Assembly (NCBI GenBank): GCA_963731625.1
Contig: CAVSWH010000023.1
Span: forward strand, 17,430 to 81,429
Direction of reading: 5' to 3'
Source: an uncultured Actinomycetes bacterium
GTDB taxonomy: Bacteria > Actinomycetota > Acidimicrobiia > IMCC26256 > PALSA-555
Length of the DNA stretch: 64,000 nucleotides
Shown here: piece after piece, positions 29,559-38,908 of the stretch
Layout of the letters: each line of letters begins with the position of its first letter
Position numbering within the stretch: the first letter of the stretch is position 1
Position numbers and translations under genes: made by a program
The notes under the pieces: generated by a model
Told to the model about the DNA's origin: nothing
Seen by the model: only the letters and a program-made list of their open reading frames with translations
Database searches by the model: none

Positions 29559-31037
29559 ATGCGCCGCTACATCCTGAACGCGCTCATGCTTGCCTGCGTG
29601 TTGACGCTTTGTGCTGCGGGCCCTGCAGGGGCCAGCGGCGGCCAAGTGTCAACGTCGAGCGGCTCCCGAATCAACGTGACCGGGGGACTGGTTGTCAGCC
29701 CGGGAGAGAGCGTTAGCGGCCCAGCCGTCTCGGTTGACGGGCCCGCAATCATCGCCGGCGAAGTGAAGAACGACGTGTTCGTTGGGCGAGGAAACCTCAC
29801 GATCACGGGCCACGTCACGGGCGATGCATTGGTCCTCGACGGCAACGCCACGATCAGCGGGCGAGTCGACGGCGACGTCACGGTGGTGCACGGGCGGGCG
29901 GTGATCCGTGCAGGCGGCAACGTTCGCGGCGACGTGGCATCCAGCACGCGACCCATTGCCGCACCCAATACCGTCCACGGGGCCCTCAAGACACTCAACC
30001 TCTCCAGCATCTTCACGGGCTTCGTCGTCACGCTCCTCGCTCTGCTCTGGCTCGCCGTCACCATCTCGAGCGCCATCCTCGGGCTTCTCTTTGTCTTGCT
30101 GTTTCCGCGTGCCTCGGAAGCCACGGTTGCCGCCGGCCGCCGCTTCGGCGTCTCGCTACTGACGGGACTTCTCGTCGGCGTCATCGCTCCCATTGCGGGC
30201 GTCGCCGCCATCGCCACGGTGCTCGGCATCCCCCTGGGATTCGCAGTACTCGGCACCGTCGCCGTTCTTGCCCCGCTTGGTTATGTGGCGACGGCTGTGA
30301 TCTTCGGTCGTCTGATGATCCGCGGGCCGGGCACGGGCGCCCGCCTCGGCGCGTTTGCTGCAGGGTTCGGGATCCTGCGTTTCGCCGCACTCGTCCCGGG
30401 GCTCGGCTTCCTCGTCGGGCTACTCGCTGCCGCATACGGAATCGGTGCTCTCACTATCGCTGGGTGGCGTAGTGCTCACAGCGCACCGGAGCGTTCAGCC
30501 CCTGCAGCGGCACCCACCGCTAGTGCGGTCGCGCCGGCACCCGCGGCCGCGCCGAAGCCCCACGACGCGGCGACCACCGAGGCCGCAGGTCCCCGAAAGG
30601 TCACCGCCGCGGCGAAGACTCGGGCGACGCCACGCGCGCCGGCGAAGAAGCCCGCGGTGAAGAGGAAGGTCGTGAAGGCCAAGAAGGCACCGGCCCGGCG
30701 ACGGGCGCCGGCGAAGAAGCCCGCGGTGAAGAGGAAGGTCGTGAAGGCCAAGAAGGCACCGGCCCCGCGACGGGCGCCGGCGAAGAAGCCCGCGGTGAAG
30801 AGGAAGGTCGTGAAGGCCAAGAAGGCACCGGCCCCGCGACGGGCGCCGGCGAAGAAGCCCGCGGTGAAGAGGAAGGTCGTGAAGGCCAAGAAGGCACCGG
30901 CCCCGCGACGGGCGCCGGCGAAGAAGCCCGCGGTGAAGAGGAAGGTCGTGAAGGCCAAGAAGGCACCGGCCCCGCGACGGGCGCCGGCGAAGAAGCCCGC
31001 GGCGAAGAGGAAGGTCGTGAAGGCCAAGAAGGCGTAG
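29559..31037 (+). CDS. Membrane protein with bactofilin-like beta-helix, multi-TM domain and Lys/Ala-rich histone-H1-like tail
   Basis: Signal peptide, G.V.GD/N beta-helix repeats, about 5 TM helices, then AKKPAVKRKVVKAKKAP repeats. Confidence 0.85.
   Translation: MRRYILNALMLACVLTLCAAGPAGASGGQVSTSSGSRINVTGGLVVSPGESVSGPAVSVDGPAIIAGEVKNDVFVGRGNLTITGHVTGDALVLDGNATISGRVDGDVTVVHGRAVIRAGGNVRGDVASSTRPIAAPNTVHGALKTLNLSSIFTGFVVTLLALLWLAVTISSAILGLLFVLLFPRASEATVAAGRRFGVSLLTGLLVGVIAPIAGVAAIATVLGIPLGFAVLGTVAVLAPLGYVATAVIFGRLMIRGPGTGARLGAFAAGFGILRFAALVPGLGFLVGLLAAAYGIGALTIAGWRSAHSAPERSAPAAAPTASAVAPAPAAAPKPHDAATTEAAGPRKVTAAAKTRATPRAPAKKPAVKRKVVKAKKAPARRRAPAKKPAVKRKVVKAKKAPAPRRAPAKKPAVKRKVVKAKKAPAPRRAPAKKPAVKRKVVKAKKAPAPRRAPAKKPAVKRKVVKAKKAPAPRRAPAKKPAAKRKVVKAKKA
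30636..31034 (+). repeat. 69-bp coding tandem repeat, about 5.8 copies
   Basis: Units start at 30636, 30705, 30774, 30843, 30912 and 30981; each encodes APAKKPAVKRKVVKAKKAPAPRR. Confidence 0.95.
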
Positions 31038-31139
31038 GTGACGACGGACGGAGCGCGCCGACCGAGGTGGCAATTGGGCTGCCGCTGATGCGACCTCTAC
31101 TGACGATCCGTGCGTATGGACGCTAAGCGGCCGGGATCG

Positions 31140-31682
31140 TCAGCGCGAAGCGGCCCGTTCTGAACGGCGCAATGCCGCTCGCAGTTCGTCCTTCGACATC
31201 TTGGACCGACCTCGGAGATTTCGTCGCTGTGCTTCCACGTACAGCTCATCGAACGACGCATCTGCCGACTCGGTGAGCGCCTCGCTGCTCGAAAGGCCGG
31301 GCAGCAGTTCGGGTGGGGCGGGCTCGACGCGCATGCCCATCCCTGTCTGCTCGGAGAGGAGGTTGACGAGCGCGAGGATCGCCGTTGCGATCGCCACGAT
31401 GAAGACAGTGAACACGGCGAACATGGCCAGAACGACGAGCCAACTCCAGATCGTCGTCGCGTGAAAGCTCGAGAAGCCGATCTGGTTCATCATGCCTTCA
31501 ACCGCGGAGGTCATGCCCTTTGACAACAACCACGGCAAGAACGCGGCGAGAAAGAACACCAGGAAGAGGGTGCCGATAAAGGCCGTCATCACGCTGGCAG
31601 CCGAGACGACGTCGAAGCGGCGGACAACTTCGCCGGTGGGGTGCTCGACATCTTTCGTCAAGAAACTGACGCGGGAACGCAT
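31140..31682 (-). CDS. DUF3566-like membrane protein with a Rho-N-like C-terminal module
   Basis: Two TM helices, then ELY.EA.R..L.GRSKMSK.EL..AL. Confidence 0.7.
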   Translation of the reverse strand: MRSRVSFLTKDVEHPTGEVVRRFDVVSAASVMTAFIGTLFLVFFLAAFLPWLLSKGMTSAVEGMMNQIGFSSFHATTIWSWLVVLAMFAVFTVFIVAIATAILALVNLLSEQTGMGMRVEPAPPELLPGLSSSEALTESADASFDELYVEAQRRNLRGRSKMSKDELRAALRRSERAASR

Positions 31683-31949
31683 TACGACGAGACTACTCAG
31701 CAGGGGTGGCGCCCGCCCAGTGGTCGCTCATCGGACTGGCGTCGCCACGGATGCACCGTTACTCAAGCAGTCGGTGCCGCTCGCTGAGGCGCTGCCGCGC
31801 ACCCCGTTGGCCTTTGCGTGACCACCGCCGCATCGTCGGATCCCTGTACGCAGCTCTTCCAACCCGTCTCGCTTCGACGACGCGCCAACCAAGACATGCT
31901 GAACATCCTCACCGTCGCTGGCACTGCTCGATTGGGGCAGAATCGGGGC

Positions 31950-32594
31950 ATGGCACAACCTGGAACTGTCAGGTCGATCGAGGAGCTGCGCCAGATCTAT
32001 CGATCCCCGTCCCAGGGCGCGCTCGACAAGGTGATCGACCGACTCGATGAACACTGCCGCACGTTCATCAAGCATTCCCCGTTCCTGGTTCTCGCGACGG
32101 CGGCCAGCGACGGTCGATGCGATGTTTCCCCGAAGGGCGGCCCGCCCGGGTTCGTGCAATTCATCGACGATCACCACCTCGCGTTAGGCGATCTATCGGG
32201 CAATAATCGGCTCGACTCGATGCAGAACCTGCTTTCGAACCGCGGCGTGGCGATCATGTTCATGATTCCCGGGTTGGATGAAACCCTCCGGGTGAACGGA
32301 GAGGCGACGATCTCGACCGACCCGCAGCTTCGGGAACGATGTCGCGTCGAATCCAAGACGCCAAACGTCGTGATCACCATCGACGTCGCTGAGGCGTATA
32401 TCCACTGCGCGAAGGCGTTCCGGCGCGGCGGGGTCTGGAGTCCGGACTCATGGCCCGAGGTTGCCGATATGCCAAGCGTCGCATGCATGCTGAGAGACCA
32501 CGTCAATGCTCGCGGCGTCGACGCCGATCAACTCGAGGCTGCGTTGGAGGCGGACTACGACCGGACCCTGTGGGAACCCGGCGGGCGCGAATGA
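31950..32594 (+). CDS. PPOX-class FMN-binding protein (MSMEG_1061-like)
   Basis: SPF...AT, DVSPKGG.PGFV, GNNRLDS..N, ETLRVNG.A and Y.HCAKAF.R motifs. Confidence 0.9.
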   Translation: MAQPGTVRSIEELRQIYRSPSQGALDKVIDRLDEHCRTFIKHSPFLVLATAASDGRCDVSPKGGPPGFVQFIDDHHLALGDLSGNNRLDSMQNLLSNRGVAIMFMIPGLDETLRVNGEATISTDPQLRERCRVESKTPNVVITIDVAEAYIHCAKAFRRGGVWSPDSWPEVADMPSVACMLRDHVNARGVDADQLEAALEADYDRTLWEPGGRE

Positions 32595-32643
32595 GCCACA
32601 AATTCTCGGGCGGTCGCTGATCTCGCCTTGAGCGGCCAGCACG

Positions 32644-32712
32644 CGGTCCCGGTCTTGGAACTCGCGAGTCGGGTAGTCACTGAATGACTCGCGGTCTGCT
32701 GGACCGCGAGTC
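32644..32712. repeat. Paired palindromes joined by a 15-bp linker
   Basis: ...gtcttggaact-cgcgagtc, linker gggtagtcactgaat, then a perfect copy at 32686-32712. Confidence 0.92.
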
Positions 32713-32765
32713 AGTGACTCCAGCCGGCAGTCCCTTCGCAGCCCGGAAGTGCTGCTCGTCCTCCC

Positions 32766-33158
32766 TTACCCGCCGGCTTTGCCCTCTAAGACCTGCCGTG
32801 CGGTGCCATCTGCGAGGGCGGTTTCGCCCAACCGGGTGGACGTGACCCGCGAGCCTCCGCCCTCCTGGACTCGGCGAAGAACCAGTCCAGCATTCTCGAG
32901 CCGCTGGATTCCCTCATTGACCGGCCCGAGTATCTGGAGCGGGTTGACGGACTTGGACGGATACGAGGACATGAGCCATTTGCACACGTCTTGGACGCGA
33001 GCGCCGGAGTATCCGCGGTTCAGACCGTCGGGGCCGAAGGCGGGGAGAATCTCAGCCGCGAGGTCGTCGACCGAGAGTCCCTCCAAGCGGTTGAGTTCGG
33101 CCTGGGCGTCGGCCTGTTGTGCGATCTGCTCTTCGCTCTTTCGAAACAACGGTGACAA
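32766..33158 (-). CDS. Hypothetical protein with a possible winged-helix C-terminus
   Basis: GGAGGG RBS; E.IQ.LE.AGLV...TRLG..AL pattern. Confidence 0.65.
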   Translation of the reverse strand: MSPLFRKSEEQIAQQADAQAELNRLEGLSVDDLAAEILPAFGPDGLNRGYSGARVQDVCKWLMSSYPSKSVNPLQILGPVNEGIQRLENAGLVLRRVQEGGGSRVTSTRLGETALADGTARQVLEGKAGG

Positions 33159-33284
33159 CCGGTTCCCTCCAGGCCGCCTCGCCGGTCGGCTGCGTGCCCT
33201 GAGGCCCAGGACAGTGCTCGTGGTCGAGTTCGACTCCGGTCAGACCTTAGGGCGCTGATCTACAGAGCTGTTCGTCCAAGCCGT

Positions 33285-33311
33285 GACTCGCGGTGAACGA
33301 AACGTCGAGTC
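33285..33311. repeat. Degenerate palindrome
   Basis: gactcgcg-gtgaacgaaac-gtcgagtc. Confidence 0.8.
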
Positions 33312-33426
33312 GCGTCCGACTTCTTGAGAGAGATGGGAAGAACACGGCACCTGCTAGTTTCCTGATGCCACTGGAGCGGTGCTGATCGGCCGGTTGGGCA
33401 TCGACCGATCGGCGAGGGAGCCGAGG

Positions 33427-34104
33427 ATGCAATACCGGCGTTGGTTCGGAGCGGTTATCGGAGTGGCAATTGCTGCAACGCTGGTCGAGCCGGCCGTTGC
33501 GAGCGCCGTGACGACGAGTCCCAAGGACACCGCGATCTTGCGGGCCGGGGTGATCGCGGCGACCGATGTGCCTCCAACTTGGACGGCCCACCAGCAGCCG
33601 GACCCGGGCACGAAGCAGTACAACGGCATCGCAGCCTGCAAACAGATGCGTAACGACCTTGTCGCTGCGAACAAGACCACGCCGCGGGCACAATCACCGA
33701 CGTTCGCCGACACGAGCGCATCGAGTGCGTTGCCGTCCCAAGCGACGGACGTGGTCTACGCATTCAAGAGCACCGCAGCAGCCAAGGCCTATTTGGCCAC
33801 CGACAAGGCCGCTGCGGCGCCCGAGTGTCTACAACAGGTATTCCAGAAGATGTTCGGCCAGGCGACGGTGACATCGATCACGGACCAGCTGCAGGGCGTC
33901 GGCGACGACCACGTCGGCTTCGAGGTAGCGGTAACGGGCACGCAGAACGGCCAGCCCCTGACGCTCACCGCGGACGTCGTCGTCGTTCGCGTCGGCCGAG
34001 TCTTTGTCGGCTTCAATTTCTACGCCGAAGGGTCGCAAGCCCCGAGCGAAGGTCCAGCGATCGTGAACGCCGTCGTCGGCCGCGTGAAGGCCGTGCCCCA
34101 GTAG
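33427..34104 (+). CDS. Secreted protein, possibly PknH/sensor-like fold
   Basis: Signal peptide ending AVASA; D.P..W, GVGDD and VVVRVGR pattern. Confidence 0.7.
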   Translation: MQYRRWFGAVIGVAIAATLVEPAVASAVTTSPKDTAILRAGVIAATDVPPTWTAHQQPDPGTKQYNGIAACKQMRNDLVAANKTTPRAQSPTFADTSASSALPSQATDVVYAFKSTAAAKAYLATDKAAAAPECLQQVFQKMFGQATVTSITDQLQGVGDDHVGFEVAVTGTQNGQPLTLTADVVVVRVGRVFVGFNFYAEGSQAPSEGPAIVNAVVGRVKAVPQ

Positions 34105-34163
34105 TGCATGCTCTTTAGGCTGCGTGATCCGGGCGAGCAGTCCGTCGTGAGTCTGATCGCCGA

Positions 34164-34562
34164 TCAGCGACGCGGATAGAGGATCAACTGGGTGCAGCGG
34201 TAGGCCGCCATCGTCCGGTCTGTCGTCGCGTTCTGGACGCGGGCGTCCCACACCTGCGTGGTTGAACCGAGATGCAGCGGCGTGGCGAGTCCCACGACCT
34301 CGTCATCCTCCTTGGCACTGGAGAAGAAGTTGGCCTTGGATTCGATGGTCGTGAAGCTGGCAGCATCGTCCGGCCAGTGCCGGCTGACACCGAACGCGCA
34401 GAGGGCATCCGCAATCCCGACGACTACCGGTGCCCACAAATAGCCAGTGCCTGCGATCAGTTCATGGCGGACCTTGAGGCGAGCAGAGGTCTGCTCACCC
34501 TCGCCAACGATCTCGATTCCCAGAAGGCGCAGAAAGTTGTAGACGTCGTACGGCGGCGGCAC
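34164..34562 (-). CDS. PaaI family hotdog thioesterase
   Basis: LGIEI, FTTIE.KANF, A.PLHLG.TTQVWD and CTQ motifs. Confidence 0.88.
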   Translation of the reverse strand: MPPPYDVYNFLRLLGIEIVGEGEQTSARLKVRHELIAGTGYLWAPVVVGIADALCAFGVSRHWPDDAASFTTIESKANFFSSAKEDDEVVGLATPLHLGSTTQVWDARVQNATTDRTMAAYRCTQLILYPRR

Positions 34563-34604
34563 GCCTCGCACGGTAGTGCCGCGGCCCACCGACAACGAGA
34601 GCCC

Positions 34605-34673
34605 AGCTCGTGGTCTTGGAACTCGCGAATCGGATGATCACCGACTGACGCGCGGGTCGTTGAGCTGCGCGTC
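34605..34673. repeat. Paired palindromes joined by a 15-bp linker, second unit with compensatory substitutions
   Basis: agctcgtg-gtcttggaact-cgcgaatc, linker ggatgatcaccgact, then gacgcgcg-N11-tgcgcgtc. Confidence 0.85.
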
Positions 34674-34829
34674 AGAGAACTTGGGACCCGCTTCGGAGTC
34701 GCCATCGCGGCGACTCGCCAGCGCTGAGAATCGTCAGATCGAGATGTACCGGACCGCCGCGCCCGGCGACAGCCTCACCGCGATGCGCCGATTTGCGGAA
34801 CTGGCGAGCACCGCGATGAGACTGGAGCC

Positions 34830-35315
34830 ATGAAGAAGGGTACGAGTGGCGAATCGAGCATCTATGTGAATGCGAGCCCCGAGAAGGTCTACGAGCTGGT
34901 CACCGATGTGACACGCATGGGCGAGTGGAGCCCGGAGACAGTCCGCTGTGAGTGGATCGGCGGGGCAGGCGGAGCAGCCGTCGGTGCCCGCTTCAAAGGT
35001 GTCAACAAGCGCGGCGTGGCCCGGTGGTCAACGAAGCCCACCGTCGTCGCCGCGGACCCGGGGCGCGAGTTCGGTTTCGTCGTCCCCCACCTCGGCCACG
35101 GCATGACCAACTGGACGTACCGCTTCGCGTCGACGGGCACGGGCACGAATGTCGTCGAGTCCTTCACCATGCTCGCCGACCTGCCCTGGTACTTCGTGCT
35201 CAGCGACCGCCTCGTTATGGGTGTGAAAGACCGAAAGGCCGACCTCGAAGACGGGATACGACGGACGCTCGAGCGCATCAAGGCGGTGGTCGAGGACGGC
35301 CCGCCAGCCACCTAG
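34830..35315 (+). CDS. SRPBCC/polyketide cyclase family protein
   Basis: VY.LVTDVTRMGEWSPE, VGARFKG.N and TLERIK motifs. Confidence 0.9.
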   Translation: MKKGTSGESSIYVNASPEKVYELVTDVTRMGEWSPETVRCEWIGGAGGAAVGARFKGVNKRGVARWSTKPTVVAADPGREFGFVVPHLGHGMTNWTYRFASTGTGTNVVESFTMLADLPWYFVLSDRLVMGVKDRKADLEDGIRRTLERIKAVVEDGPPAT

Positions 35316-35371
35316 GGACGGACGACGCCGGGCGAGCGGTTCCAGTCGCATCGAGTCGGCGTCGGCGTTCT

Positions 35372-35489
35372 GACCCGCGGTTGCTGAGACCGCGAGTCAT
35401 CCCAAAGCCAGAGGCGGACGCGACTCGCGATCCTCCAACCCTGAGTCCGATTGGGCCGCCTCCAGACGCGGTGTGCTGCACCGCGAGTC
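35372..35489. repeat. Three palindromes (35372, 35422, 35463); the last two are 15 bp apart
   Basis: gacccgcg-N11-cgcgagtc; gactcgcg-N10-cctgagtc; cagacgcg-N11-cgcgagtc. Confidence 0.85.
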
Positions 35490-35571
35490 GGACGTGAGCG
35501 TCCCGTCTGCGACACAGTCGAGCGGCCTACGATCGGATCGGGACCGAGATCACGCCAACGGTGGGGGCCAC

Positions 35572-35880
35572 GTGGGCGAATATCCAATCGTTGAGGAGTT
35601 CGAGAGCGGGGATTACATCGTCGTGCTCGACGGCCCCGTACTCGAGGTGTTCTATGGACCGAGGGCGACCTCGGACCGTCGCCATGTCAAGCACATCCGC
35701 ATTGACTTCACCAACGGTCGGCATGGCGAGGAAATGATCATCGGGTCGAAGTCTCCGGCAGATGAGCGGCGCTCTCGGATCAGGATCGTGCCCGAGGACA
35801 AGGATCGCATCAACGCAATCGTGGGCGAGGTGATCGCCCGCGGCACAGGCGGCACGGGAACGACCGCCGAAGGTCCATAG
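35572..35880 (+). CDS. Hypothetical protein
   Basis: Plausible amino-acid composition; no family recognised. Confidence 0.55.
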   Translation: MGEYPIVEEFESGDYIVVLDGPVLEVFYGPRATSDRRHVKHIRIDFTNGRHGEEMIIGSKSPADERRSRIRIVPEDKDRINAIVGEVIARGTGGTGTTAEGP

Positions 35881-35987
35881 TCCGTGTCGGGATCCCTCCC
35901 CGCGCTTCCCGACCTTCCGCTATAACGAGTCGTTGTGGGCGGTTCGCGTGGACCGTCCATTCATCGCATCGCTGCTCGGGGGTATGA

Positions 35988-36335
35988 ATGAAGGACGCTG
36001 AGGCCCGAGATTTGTTGCGCGCCGAGCGGGTCCGAGTGCGCCAACTCCTCGACGGGATGGTCACGGCTACACGGGAGGACCGGACTGCCGCGAACGAGGA
36101 TGGAGACATGACCGACTCGGCGGCGCCGCTCACAACTGAGGAGACCGACGACGCCGTCGCCGAGTCTCTCCGTAAGCGGCTCGAGGCCATCGATCGAGCG
36201 GAGAAGCGGCTCGAGAGCGGGACCTTCGGTCGCTCCGTTCGCAGCGGAGTCGTGATTCCCGACGACCGTCTCGAGGCCGACCCAACCACGGAACTCACGA
36301 TTGAGGAAGCTCAGCAGGAGCCGTCGACAGGCTAA
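35988..36335 (+). CDS. TraR/DksA-family protein without zinc-finger cysteines
   Basis: GDMTDSA coiled-coil tip; AI.RA..RL..GTFG.S..SG..I...RLEA.P. Confidence 0.8.
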   Translation: MKDAEARDLLRAERVRVRQLLDGMVTATREDRTAANEDGDMTDSAAPLTTEETDDAVAESLRKRLEAIDRAEKRLESGTFGRSVRSGVVIPDDRLEADPTTELTIEEAQQEPSTG

Positions 36336-36369
36336 CTGGAGCTGCTCGAACCGTCACCGATGGAGGGTC

Positions 36370-36660
36370 ATGTCGGTTGAGAACGAGGTCCAACAACTTC
36401 GCTCACGCGTCTCCGAGCTCGAGCGCCGCCTCGACGAGGTGTATGCGCACATCGGCCTCAGTGCGCCCCGGCTCCCCGGAACGAAAGCAGCGACGGTGTC
36501 GGCGGAGGTCCGCCGGCTGATCTCCGAGTACCGGATCGTCGAGGCAATGTCGACATTCGCCCGCGAGTCCGACGGAGCCGAGGACCTGTCGAGCGAGACG
36601 ATCTCGCGGATCTTCACCGAAGAGACCGGAAAGCCATTCGAGGCCAAACGAGCCCGATAG
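36370..36660 (+). CDS. Hypothetical protein
   Basis: GGAGGG RBS; N-terminal coiled coil LERRLD..Y.H.GL. Confidence 0.6.
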   Translation: MSVENEVQQLRSRVSELERRLDEVYAHIGLSAPRLPGTKAATVSAEVRRLISEYRIVEAMSTFARESDGAEDLSSETISRIFTEETGKPFEAKRAR

Positions 36661-36738
36661 GACCCGAGCGATGCCTATCGGCCGCGAGCACCATCTTGGT
36701 CGACAATCCGCATGCGCAACGCGGACATTGGCTCGCGC

Positions 36739-37680
36739 CTAAACGTCCACCAGCTCGCGCACGTCGACATTGAACGATGGGTGGCGAAGCTTCGTCATCG
36801 CCTTCGCCTCGATCTGGCGGATCCGCTCGCGGGTCAACTGAAACGCTTCGCCGACCTCTTCGAGCGTGCGTGGCTCGCCACGATCCAGGCCGAAGCGCAA
36901 CGCGATGACGGTCCGCTCCCGACTGCTGAGCTTGCGCAGCAGCTTCGCAGTCTCGGCAGGGAGCAAGCTGGCCGCCGTCGCCTCGAACGGTGAGGCAGCG
37001 AACGGGTCCGCGACGCGGTCGCCCAGCTCACCGTCCCCGTCTTCGCCGATGGGCTGCGCCAGTGAAATAGGTTCCGCCGCGATCTGCAGCGTCTCCGACA
37101 CCTTCGTTGGCGCGATCCCGAGCTCGTCGGCCAGCTCATCGATGCTGGAGCGACGGCCGAGGCGCGCCTCCAGCTCGACGCGTACCTGCTGCAAGCGAGA
37201 CAGGTTGTCAGCGGCATGGATCGGCAGACGGATCGTGCGACCGGTGTTCGCGATGCCGCGCGAGATGGATTGGCGAATCCACCACGTCGCGTAGGTGGAG
37301 AACTTGAAGCCCTTTCGCCAATCGAATTTGTCGACGGCGTGGATCAGGCCGAGGTTCCCTTCCTGGATCAGGTCCAGGAGCGGGAGTCCCGATCGTTGGT
37401 AGCGCTTGGCAATCGAGACGACCAAGCGGAGGTTCGCTTGGACGAAGGTGCGGTGCGCGTCGCGGCCGGCCCGGTCGGTGCGGCGCAGGGCGCGCCGCTC
37501 CGTCGGTGTGAGGGATGCACCGCTGTCCAGGGCCTGCCGTGCCTCGGCCCCAGCCTCGATGCGCTGAGCCAAGTCCTGTTCGTCGCTCTTGGACAGCAGT
37601 TCGTACTGCCCAGCTTGGTGGAGATAGAGCTGAACTGGGTCTTCGGTCTCAGTGATGCGTGGTTTTCTGCGGGTCGGCAT
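36739..37680 (-). CDS. Group 1/2 sigma-70 factor (SigB/RpoD-like)
   Basis: DPV.LYL, NLRLVVSIAKRY, DLIQEGNLGL, KFSTYATWWIRQ and TRERIRQIE motifs. Confidence 0.95.
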   Translation of the reverse strand: MPTRRKPRITETEDPVQLYLHQAGQYELLSKSDEQDLAQRIEAGAEARQALDSGASLTPTERRALRRTDRAGRDAHRTFVQANLRLVVSIAKRYQRSGLPLLDLIQEGNLGLIHAVDKFDWRKGFKFSTYATWWIRQSISRGIANTGRTIRLPIHAADNLSRLQQVRVELEARLGRRSSIDELADELGIAPTKVSETLQIAAEPISLAQPIGEDGDGELGDRVADPFAASPFEATAASLLPAETAKLLRKLSSRERTVIALRFGLDRGEPRTLEEVGEAFQLTRERIRQIEAKAMTKLRHPSFNVDVRELVDV

Positions 37681-37751
37681 GACGGCTCAGATGACAGCGG
37701 GAGTTGTGGCGTCGGTCGGTTGGCGACCAGCCGGACCGGCCGCGAACGCCA

Positions 37752-37952
37752 TCAGAGCGGGCGGACGTTCTGCGCCTCTTCGCCCTTCTTGCCGGGGCCG
37801 ACGTCGAACTCGACGGTCTGGCCCTCGTGAAGGGTCTTGAACCCCGAACCCTGGATCGCCGAGAAGTGGACGAAGACGTCGTCACCCTGGGCGCGCGAGA
37901 TGAAACCGTAACCCTTTTGCTCGTTAAAGAACTTCACTGTGCCTGTTGCCAC
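37752..37952 (-). CDS. cspA: Cold-shock protein
   Basis: GTVKFFN..KGYGFI and DVFVHFSAI (RNP1/RNP2) motifs. Confidence 0.95.
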   Translation of the reverse strand: MATGTVKFFNEQKGYGFISRAQGDDVFVHFSAIQGSGFKTLHEGQTVEFDVGPGKKGEEAQNVRPL

Positions 37953-38109
37953 CGGATACCTGTCCATTTCGGGATACTGACCGGGACGGGTCCGAATGAC
38001 ACGACCTCGGTCCAAGCATCCTAGGCCAATTACGTGGCCGTCGAGGCATGGGGCGCTTCGACCGCAGGCGCGCTGAACCTCCGCGATTGAGGTCCGGACG
38101 GGACGGGAC

Positions 38110-38781
38110 CTAGACGCCCACGGTCACGGGGCGGTAGCGGCAGATCGAGTTGCGGAACCACAGCATCGAGATTCCGACCGCCAGCACGGTGACGACGATC
38201 GACCAGAGCGTTTGGGTGACCGCGAAGGTTGTGGTCGCCAGGGTGATGAGGAGGGTATAGGCGATCGCGGCGTTCAGGAGTCCCACCGCTGCCCACATCA
38301 TCGAGTTGCGAATGAAGAAGCGATGGATGTCGGGAGCGAGAAATAGCTCGCTCGGTAGCGTCACGAAGTCTCCGGCGAAGCGGCGTGACAGTGGTCGACC
38401 CGCAGCCACCGAGCACAAGAACGCCAGACCCACGACGGCCGTGCCGATGGTCGGTTGGAGGAAGTAGAGGAAGGCACTCCCGGTCGTCAACGCCAGCGCC
38501 GAGCGGACGAGGAGCATCACCATACCCAGGATGGCCATCGCAGGAACTCGGCGGCTCTTCGCCATCCGGCGGACGATGGCAAAGCCCGACCAGCCGAGGC
38601 CGCCCGCCATGGCCAGTCCGAGCCCAGCGATCTGATATCCCACGAGGAACAGCGCGAGTGGGAGCAGGACGCCGTCGACGACGTGCGGTGCCGCGCGCCA
38701 TGCGGCCTGGCCGAGGCTCGGCAGCCGCACGGGCTCGACCTCCGCGAATTCGGACCCGACTTCGATTGGCTCGGTCTGCAC
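38110..38781 (-). CDS. VC0807/DUF3159-like membrane protein
   Basis: Six TM helices; YFLQP and S...GRPL..R motifs. Confidence 0.75.
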   Translation of the reverse strand: MQTEPIEVGSEFAEVEPVRLPSLGQAAWRAAPHVVDGVLLPLALFLVGYQIAGLGLAMAGGLGWSGFAIVRRMAKSRRVPAMAILGMVMLLVRSALALTTGSAFLYFLQPTIGTAVVGLAFLCSVAAGRPLSRRFAGDFVTLPSELFLAPDIHRFFIRNSMMWAAVGLLNAAIAYTLLITLATTTFAVTQTLWSIVVTVLAVGISMLWFRNSICRYRPVTVGV

Positions 38782-38908
38782 GACTCTCTCGGGGTGCTAG
38801 ATCCGCACACCGCCGAGGTCTGGAGCAGTGCTACCGCGCTGATGCGCCTGGGAGCGGAACGACTCAAATCACTGTAGCCCGTGCCCATCCCGATGCCGGC
38901 GGGGTGGG

